Assembly: GCA_951406725.2 (NCBI GenBank)
Contig: OX597831.1
Location: 62,248,001 to 62,312,000, forward strand
Source of the DNA: Octopus vulgaris
Taxonomy: Eukaryota
Direction of reading: 5' to 3'
DNA: 64,000 nt
Shown: positions 54,578 to 64,000 of the stretch, one piece after another
How the letters are laid out: every line of letters begins with the position of its first letter
How positions within the stretch are numbered: position 1 is the first letter of the stretch
Translations under genes and position numbers: made by a program
The notes under the pieces: generated by a model
Database searches by the model: none
Told to the model about the DNA's origin: nothing
What the model saw: only the letters and a program-made list of their open reading frames with translations

Positions 54578-55109
54578 ATACCACGACAACATTTCAGATG
54601 TTACCACATTAATGCCAATACACTCGACTGAAACGCCGAAACGCTAACAGAACGAGAACGGTGAAGAAGTTTCAATAAATTAGTAATGGAATACTAGAGT
54701 ATTGCTTTCCATTTTTGCTAGTACATACGCAGTGAAGCTATACATTAACGTCGCATTATTACGTTCGCTATTTCCAGTAAATATGGGTACTTCGTTGTGC
54801 CATATATTTACTTCTTTGTATATATATATATATATTAAAAGAAATGAAGTAATCAGAAGATCGGATGGTTCATAGTTACAGATATTTATTTATATATTAC
54901 ATCTTTTACATATATATATCATTCAGATCATATCATTCAGATCATAAGCCTGTTTGGGGTCTGGTTCTGTTCCATTCTTTTCAATGATTTCTGTATTTTT
55001 GTTATCTTCTGTTTGTGGATCTATATATATGTATATATATATATATATGATAAAGACTTTGTTCCAGCATGGCCACAGTCAAATGCCTGAAACAAGTAAA
55101 GGAGTAAAG

Positions 55110-55149
<40 letters not shown>

Positions 55150-55318
55150 ACTTTATCAATGTTTAGCAGAAGCAACAGACTGCTTCCAGGTTCGAGAATT
55201 TCATGTACACACACACACACACTCGCGCGCGCACGATTGATACCTTATAATTAGTATTCAACACTTTTCATTTTATTCCTACACACTGGACAACACTATA
55301 ACCGACAGATTTCCAGTA

Positions 55319-55453
55319 AGCGCAGGAGTGGCTGTGTGTTAAGTAGCTTGCTTACCAACCACATGGTTTCGGGTTCAGTCCCACTGCGTAGCCTCGGACC
55401 GACCAAAGCCTTGTGAGTGGATTTGGTAGGCGTAAACTGAAAAAGGCCTGTCG

Positions 55454-55529
<76 letters not shown>

Positions 55530-55736
55530 TGTCTGTGTTTGTCCCCCCAACATCGCTTGACTACAGATGCTGGTGTGTTTACGTCTCCGTAACTTAACGG
55601 TTCGGCAAAAGTGATCGATAGAATAAGTACTAGGCTTACAAAGAATAAGTCCTGGGGGTCAATTTCCTCGACTAAAGGCGGTGCTACAGCATGGCCGCAG
55701 TCAAATGACTGAAACAAGTAAAAGAGTAAAAGAGTA
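55319..55736 (+). mobile_element. SINE family A with a short internal deletion
   Basis: Lacks the ggcaccttgggcaagtgtcttctacta segment; otherwise complete. Confidence 0.92.
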
Positions 55737-56046
55737 CTTTTCTAAAAAAAAAAAACTTTCTCTGCATTTCCCACGGCTAAAAAGCCAATGATAACCAGAG
55801 CGGATCAAGCAATTCCAGTACCTAAATTAAACACTTTTCTGACGACGTTTCAGCAGTTATTCGTCTCACACATGTTCTGCCTTTTATACCCCTTGTTACT
55901 ATGACATCCTCCGAAGCTTGAAGATTTTTGATATTTGTTGTTTTGTGAAACTTTTGGCTTCAGTTAATATTGTATTTAATTCATTTTACACGAAAATAAA
56001 GAGTGGAAATATCTCTGAATTTTAAATGGTTATATGGAATATGTGA

Positions 56047-56536
56047 CCTTCTTCGGTCATGAATGACCATGGAATTGCACCTAGAACGTTACCTTCCGAG
56101 GTTGTTTATGGAAGACCAGCAGTCGCCCAAACATACCAGCCTCCCTTCTCCACGCCAACGATGTTATCCAAGGGAAAGGTAAAGGCCGATACAGCTTGGC
56201 ACCATTGACGTCGCAGCTCATTTATTAACGAGCAAGTGGCTGAGCACTCCACAGACACGTGTAACCTTAACGTAATTCTCGAGGAGATTCAGCGTGACAC
56301 AGAGTGTGACAAGGCTGGCCCTTTGAAATACAGGTACAACAAAAACAGGAAGAAAGAGTTAGAGAAAGTTGTGGTGAAAGAGTACAGCAGGGTTCACCAC
56401 CACTCCCTGCCGGAGCCTCGTGGAACTTTAGGTGTTTTCGTTCAATAAACACTCACAATGCCCGGCCTGGGAATCGAAACCGCGATCCTATGACCCTGAG
56501 TCCGCTGCCCTAACCACTGGGCCATTGCGCCTCCAC
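56047..56536 (-). mobile_element. Chimeric tRNA-SINE: variant head, family B central domain, different hairpin-ending tail
   Basis: 56225-56340 matches the family B body. The head (TGGCCCAGTGG..GTTTCGATTCC) and the 56047-56222 tail with a ggtcat-gaa-tgacc hairpin differ from family B. Confidence 0.75.
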
Positions 56537-57271
56537 TCTATGAAATATAATGATGTAATGAGAAGGACGAACTATGACATACATACATATATACAGACAT
56601 CGATACGTAAATACATATGAGTGATGCGCACATATGACAGTGAATCATTGTGTGTGTGCGGTTGACTATAAATTGATGTGCACGGCAGGAAGGCTTGGAA
56701 ACTATAATTCTGTGTTTACTCCTAATTGCTGATATTACGTTATCTACGCATTGTATTCCTGAAACTGGAATATATTAAACGAAATTACAGGATTAAATAG
56801 CGTCATATCAATTGTTATGCAGTTTTTCAAATGAAATTTGTCATAGAATCTTAAGACATTTCATTTGCTACATGATAATATCATTTTTTAAGGAATGTTC
56901 GGAGTCTTATTTAATGAAGTGAGAAAAAAAAAAACAATAGAAAGCAGGAACAGAATTGAAATCATCTATGAAGAACAAGATTAAATTTGTACATTAGAAG
57001 CAGTAAAACAACTTAATCTTTTTTGCAACACTATAATTCCTGTCCACACTACTGAAGATTATGAGAATGAATACTAGGATTTTAAAAAAATATGCTTTTC
57101 TGTTAAATTAATGACGAGAAAGTATCCACCAACAAGTTACGCGACAGTCTAGATATAGCAGCCAGTTTTGTCTCAAATCAGACCGTAGGTTTAATAACAT
57201 AATAATGGAGGAGTCTCACTCGATAATGTATAACTTGGAATACAATATGTTTAAACGAAATGACTTATACA

Positions 57272-57499
57272 TGTTTCTTTATTACCCAAAAGGGGCTAAA
57301 CATAGAGGGGACAAACAAGGACAGACAAACGAATTAAGTCGATTACATCGACCCCACTGCGTAACTGGTACTTAATTTATCGACCCCGAAAGGATGAAAG
57401 GCAAAGTCGACCTCGACGGAATTTGAACTCAGAACGTAACGGCAGACGAAATACGGCTACGCATTTCGCCCGGCGTGCTAACGGTTCTGCCAGCTCGCG
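57272..57499 (-). mobile_element. SINE family C
   Basis: Near-identical to 35012-35245. Confidence 0.9.
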
Positions 57500-58224
57500 A
57501 AAAGACATATATAGTCCCAGTTGGATTGTTTTTCATCATATGTATCTTTTAAACAATGCAAACAATTTTTGGGGAGATTCCATTATCACATTGCTAAAAT
57601 GGATGATAACGAATGCTTGACATAAAACTTTGCTTTGAATTTCTATTGACAATTATTCCATAAAACTTTCAAGGCTACAATATAGGTGGAATTTTGAGAA
57701 TATCTTAAACATAGACAGCTTTCAAATTTAAAACTGCACTATAGTCAAGGGGACTGCGTTTCGCGCCAGCTTGACAATGGAATAAGCATTCTATACGAAA
57801 TTATAAAAAATGATGCTCCATTTGACTTGCTATCTACATTGCCTCTGTTGTTGATATTTCTGTTGTTGAGTATAATAATGACAACCATAATGAAACCAAC
57901 CAGACGACCAGACGAATTCAAATCTTAATCATCCCATATGAAGTGGATGCCAATGAATACGTAATTTTCCGTGCTCTTCCTTTATACACTGATGTCAAAA
58001 GATGAACTAATTTAACGTAGGATATAGTTTCTTGCAAATTTACCCATGACATGATATATGTGATAAGTATGAGACAACATAAAATTCGGAATAACATCTT
58101 TGCTGTTAAATTCCGTACATGAAATCTGAATGGAAATAATAATAACACTTGCTCTAACATGTACATGCTTTTCCTTGGCTTATAAAATGAGCTAAGAAAA
58201 ATATTCTATTTAGTACTACTAGCA

Positions 58225-59775
58225 ATACGGTAGAAAATTACAGGCCGATATTCCGTTTGCCACTTATGTGAAAATTATTGATTGAAAATAGTCGCAGAGT
58301 CAATGTACGAACATCTGGAAAAAATGTGCCACATGAGCAGAAGGGTTGCAAGCGTAAGTGCAGAGATACCAGGGATCAACTCCTGATAGACAAAATTGTT
58401 CTTAGAGACTGCAAGAGGAAGAAAAGTAACGTGGGCATATCATGGATCGACTATCGTAAGGCGTACGATATGATCCAACATAACACGGATTCTGAGGAAA
58501 GCAAAAGCTGGGTGTACATTCAAAAAGTCAACCATTAGTTATTCATGGATGACTTCAAATTTTATGGTAAAGATGAAGCCTAGGTCAGTTCCCCCGTTGA
58601 TACGGTGTATACTTTCAGTGCTGATATCATAATGGATTTGGGACTGAGAAAGTGTGCTGTGTTAGTCTCGAAGAGGTGTAATCGCATGGATGATAGACGA
58701 GATCAACAACTTAGACAGAAAGACAAGGAAGTTGCTAACTGGATATGGGACACTCTACACAAAAGGTGACACAAGCAGACTGTATGTACCAAGAAAAATA
58801 GGGGGAAGAGGGTTTATTGGATGCGAACATAGTATTAGAGCAGAAGAAAACGACATAGCATAGTATGTAAAAAATGCCACAGAACCGGTATTATTAGAGG
58901 TAAGAAGGTCAAGATGAATGATTGCAAAGATAAAGCACTGTATAAGCAATTGGAAATTAATAAATTTGAAAATAGTTTGGTAAAGAAAAGAATGTACGGA
59001 CAATTTCATAGGGATGGACATATCAGACAGAGAAAAGAAGATGGCTGTGGATGACTAAAAGTGATTTAAAACCGGAAACGGAGGCTCTAACATGTGCTGG
59101 CCAAGAGCAAACATTAAGAACAAACTGCATAAAATACAGAGTTGACACACCAGAAAGTGATAAATGCAGAAGTTGTGGACAAAATTGTGAAACCATGTGG
59201 CATATTAACAGCCAATATACGCCCTTAGCCCAAAGGAATATAAGAGACGCCACGACAATATGGACACTTTTCAACAAGTTGACATAGCAAAATATTGGTA
59301 TGACCACAAACCCGCAATTCGTCATCGGAAATGATAATGCAAATATCCTGTGGGATTTTATGATTTAGTGTGACCATGAGACAGAGAATAGGAAGCGAGA
59401 CATAGTTTAATTGAGAAATAAAGATGTTGGATCAATGATACAACATGCCCAACTGACAAGTTATTCGATAAGGAAGAAAGAAAATCGATAGATATGACAG
59501 GTTATGTTAGGAGGTTAAGCAGTCGTGGTCAATGAAAAAGGTGGTAATAGTAACAATAATTGTAGGAACCCTGGGAACAGTGAGTAAAAGTCTTGAGAAG
59601 TACATGGAACAACTAGAGGTTATAATAGGCGTGGAGCACTTGCAGAAAACAGCACTGCTTGGAACCGATCGTATACTCCTGAAGGTGCTCGAAAAATAAG
59701 GGGTGTTAACTTAGTTCACTGGTAGTGATCAGCTGACCGTAGCACATCTCCAGCGTTAGAAGCTTTTCAAAGGCA

Positions 59776-59850
<75 letters not shown>
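58225..59850 (+). mobile_element. Degenerate R4/Dong-like non-LTR retrotransposon (RT, zinc knuckle, RLE, 3' UTR, (AAT)n tail)
   Basis: NYRPI, EQKGC..DQLLID..WIDYRKAYD, LFMDD, LYVPRKIGGRG, ETEAL..AGQEQ.L.TN, CRSCG...ET..HI, ILWDF, LQKTALLGT; many stops and deletions. Confidence 0.88.
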
Positions 59851-59851
<1 letters not shown>

Positions 59852-60188
59852 CAACAACAATATTGTTAATGTCATAAGAATTAAAAAACCTCGAACCCCA
59901 AGGGCAATCTTCGATTTTTCTGGCCAAATAGGAATTTTTGTGAGCCTAATTTTGACAAAATAATATGATCATTAATTCCATCAAGATTCCACCAGTTTAT
60001 ATCAAATTTTGCGACTAAATGCTCCCTATGTTCCTGATTCAAATGCAGAAATGTCTCTTGTGGATGTACATTGTGTTTTGATATTGCTTGAACTTTTCCT
60101 AATAATGAGGTTTGTTTTGTTGTTTCTGCTGTTTATCATGTCACTGTACAAATAATGAGCAATACTGTGTTACTTGTATGATGAATAA

Positions 60189-62341
60189 CACAACGTAACA
60201 ATTAAAAAAAACTGTTTATTGTATTTTTTCTATTGTTTATCGATCCAATTTTCTCTGCTGATTCCAAAAATGAAATTATTTTTTGTGTATCATCAACAGA
60301 TAAGAAAATATGTCGACTATCAATATTATTATGTATTCGGTATCGTTATAATGTTCTACTACTAAATGTATGTCTAATATTCTCTTTGAGACCAATTACT
60401 ACGTTCTGCTACTTTCAGCATAGCTACTAAAGTATGTAAAAAATATCCAGATACATTTTTCTCTGTGTGTAGATATTCTATTGGAAAAAAGCAGGCATTA
60501 CATAAGATCGTAAAAGGTGCCAAATTGTGGATAACGTACAGACTATTTCGGAATGCCCATGGGTGACTAGAACAAACCATGGGCGCCACATGTGATATGT
60601 GGAAACTGTCGATCTACTCTAGAAGGTACAGGAAGGTCAATGCCTTTTGCCATTCCAAGGGTATGGAGAGAGCCAAAGAACCATCACGATGACTGTTACT
60701 TTTGTATGATCGATTTGACAAAGTACAGAAAGGTGATAGGAAGACAAGCTCTTCAATATCCAGACATACTATCATCTACAGAACCTGTCCCACATGGTGA
60801 CAGTTTACGTGTATCACTACTACCAGAATATATTTCATCTGAAGAGTCAACATGTGGCAGCAGCCAAGAATTGGAGGACGATTTCGTACCAAGAATGACT
60901 TCGGAGTCTCAATTTCCAAATCAAAGTGAGCTAGATGATTTAATCAGGGATCTGGGTCTTACTAAGTCAGGAGCTGAACTTCTTTCATCAAAGTTGAAGG
61001 AATGGAATCTACTGGGGGAAGACTGAAAGACATCTTTGTACTGGAAACACCATGAAGAATTTAAAATTTACTATGAAAATATTAATGATCTGTGTTATTG
61101 TAAAGATGTGATTGGTTTCTTTACTGCTATTGGACTCATGCATGATTCTGCAGAATGAGGACTCTTCATAGATAGCTCAAAGCAGTGTTGCTCCACTATG
61201 GAAATAAATATCCTTCTTTGCCTCTTGCACACCACTCCAATGTCAAAGAATTTTGGGTACAAGTGGGATGTTTGTAGTGATTTCAAGATGCTTGCCTTGT
61301 TACTTGGCTAACAAGGGGGATACACAAAGTATTCATGTTTCCTTTGCTTATGGGACTGCAGAGCTGATGATCATCATTACAAGAGAGTACATTGGCTCCC
61401 ACGAGTGGAACTGCAGTCAGGAATGTTAAATGTTCTCAAACAGCCTCTAGTAGATTCCAACAAAATCTTATTACCCCCACTTCATATCAAACTCGTATTT
61501 GTAAAACAGTCTGTGAAGGCCTTAGATTTTAGAGGAGAAGCTTTTCAAAAAATGTGCCTTATATTTCCAAAGCTATCTGAGGCTAAGATCAAGGGTGACA
61601 TATTTGTTGGGCCCCAAGTATATGCAATGTTAAAGTCGAAGAAACTGCAAAGAGCGATGACAAAAGTTGAAAAAGAAGCTAGGTGTGCATTTCGTGGTGT
61701 AGTTCGTAGATTTCTAAGAAATCACAAGGATCCTAATTACAAACGGCTGGTAGCAAAGCGTATTGAAAACCTCAAGAACATGGTTGTCGTATGTCCTTAA
61801 AGGTTCGTTTCTTGCACGCTCACCTAGATTTTCCCCCGAAAACTTGGGTGATGCCAGTGAGGATCATGGTGAAAGATTTCATCAGGACATCGCAACCGTG
61901 GAAATAAGATACCAAGGACGATGTGATAGTGCTATGATGGGAAATTATATATAGTCTCTAGTTCAGAAGAGATGAATGTATACACCCCAGAAAATCTCGC
62001 TCGTCAAAGCACTTCTCATCTTAAGAAAAGAATTATCAAGGCATTTACAGTGCAGAGTTTTATTGCTTTCGTTTTGTTCTAACTAATAATATACTTCCTA
62101 TATACCTTTCAATATATGAAAAAATACTAAATGTTGTGTAATTATCCTTACAATACTAGACTAGATTGGACCAACAAAGTGCTGTAGAGAAAAGGTACAA
62201 ATATAACGTGCAAATATGAAATTAAGAATAAATAAATAACTATCGATGTTATGTCAAAATGAATATGATTTTAAAATTTAGTGGAAAAGAATGCATATAT
62301 AAACATTAAAAATACGAAGAAAGAAAACATGTTACATTGTG
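60189..62341 (+). mobile_element. Chapaev3-like DNA transposon relic with transposase pseudogene (~60580-61990)
   Basis: MPFAIPRVWREPKNHHDDCYFC, QSELDDLIRDLGL.K..AELL.S.LKEWNLL, RLFIDSSK, DFKM..LLLG.QGGYTKY.CFLCLWD.RA, PPLHIKL, FPKLSEAKIK..IFVGPQ, ENLG..SE.HGERFHQDI...E.RYQG. Ends cacaacgtaaca / tgttacattgtg. Confidence 0.8.
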
Positions 62342-64000
62342 AATCGCCGTTAAGCATTTTAAAATCGAGAAATGATTATAAAGTGCGTGCGTTGTGTTTT
62401 GTGTATTACATTAATGAAGTGTGTGGGTGTGCATTGTGCGAGTTGTCGGTGTAATATAATTACATATATAAATTTTGTATATATAATTTTGTGTTAAGCG
62501 TCCGATGTTATATGAAACAGTGAGTTGCGATGAGAGCGTACCGTTTTATTTATTATTTATTTGTTGTCAAATGCAAACATTTATTCTCCTATTGACCGTA
62601 ATGTTCTTGCTACGTAGCATAAGGTCAGCAGTGGTCGAGCAAGCCTATGATCAAATGCATTCCAGCTTTAGCAGTTTCGTCTTTTCCTTTTTTATATCAG
62701 TGACAATCCTGCTCGATATACCTTCGTTTATGTGATAGCAAGGTATGTAATTTGGGAGAGCTTTCACAATATGTAACGGGTTATATTCCTTATTGAAACC
62801 TATTTATTTCATTGTTACTTGTTATGCGCTTGAGAATGTTGAATTTAATGAATATTTATTTCTCTTCTGTGAGCATTCGCATCATGTATTTAAGTAATAT
62901 ATCAACATGCTAGATGTTGTTTTAAAGACATTCACACAAGTAGCTACATGTCAATGCCCGGTCTAAGACAATGGCAATGTCCAATATGGTGGATTCAAAT
63001 AGGGCTTTATTACACATCCTTCGTAGCCATAACATGATTGCTCATTAGCTTCTGACTAATGTCTTCTTCCGTATCAAATTATGTACATTGTATTTGTGTG
63101 CTCAATAATGATATTATCATTCCTCCTTCTGCTCATTTTTTTATTTCATTTTCTTCTTTCTTCAAGTTTATATCGAATGAGGTTGGTCAAGTTGTATTAC
63201 TTCATAATACTTGGGACGTGAAACAGAAAATATTAGGAATGGCAACAACCTCACGAATAAAAAAATCTATATGAATAACATAATTTGCTTCGTAATGTCT
63301 CTAAAACAATACAAATTATTCAAAATACCATCAGCTTAAGAAACTGCGAGGAAATATGTTCCATTAGCTAATACACTCATAAGGAAATCTAATGCGTAAT
63401 ACTGTAATAATTTGTATTAAATAATTACCTTTTAGAATCGCCAGAATAAATAGCCATTTTAATTTCATAGAAGTAAAATTGTTCTTCGTAATATTAGCTC
63501 ATGTGTTTTTGAGTGAATGCGCCCATTGATTCAGATGGAAGCAGAAATAATTCAAATGTGATTAACATCATCTGAAATGTCTAGTTAAATTTGGCATATA
63601 GGTCTCATTCTCTCTTTCTTACATGATACCTCATCAAGAAAAGGTAACTAGAAATATTATGTATAGCTAAAGAGATTGACACAACCTTAAATTTCGGGAT
63701 AATAGCATTATATCTAATCCAACCTTTAGTTCTATGCCTTGTCAAATTCATTTACAACCATGCAATGTCTTTGGTCGTGTTTTATGCGAGATGTTCAAGT
63801 TTATTCGATATAAGACGGAAAGTTTCCATAACACATGATAGTATTATTATGGTCAACATGCTGTTATGAGAAATGTATCGACGAGAATCGGATGCAACGA
63901 ATCAGTCAACCGAGAGTAATTTACTGAGCAGCTAAGAAGCTAAGTATAATATAAAGTGCGAGGAATACGTCGAATTGTGCAAGTAAGTTAAGAAACAAAT

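Larger units (their letters stand above)
53902..54823 (-). mobile_element. Non-coding HHR element (~430-bp monomer, 31-bp terminal direct repeat, inverted 3' segment) in (TA)n
   Basis: 53902-53932 repeats directly at 54681-54711; 54710-54823 is the inverse of 53958-54041 joined to 54389-54418. Confidence 0.8.

Overview
AT-rich, microsatellite-dense eukaryotic non-coding DNA. The repeat content (tRNA-derived SINEs, CR1-, R4/Dong- and Penelope-type retroelements, MITEs) suggests an octopus/cephalopod genome; this is an inference. No intact host protein-coding gene is supportable, and most ORFs in the track are microsatellite read-through. The main signal is a set of at least six sequence-unrelated families carrying type I hammerhead-ribozyme (HHR) folds, found by eye. 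Most sit in (TA)n tracts, and several share one layout: an inverted, 3'-shortened copy joined to a copy with a longer tail. One of these is a Penelope-like element (PLE) with RT and GIY-YIG domains forming a 3.3 kb palindrome (4303-7668). The others are non-coding: a 2.8 kb palindrome at 9522-12386, elements at 41173-42388 and 53902-54823, a tRNA-like+(AAT)n+HHR composite at 20121-20465, and ~200 bp units at 8.5, 19.0 and 50.1-50.5 kb. Also present: nested insertions into one SINE, a CR1-type LINE whose 3' tail matches the main SINE family, R4/Dong-like relics, mariner/Tc1 and Chapaev3-like transposase relics, and a MITE family with 8-bp TSDs and internal TTAGGG repeats.
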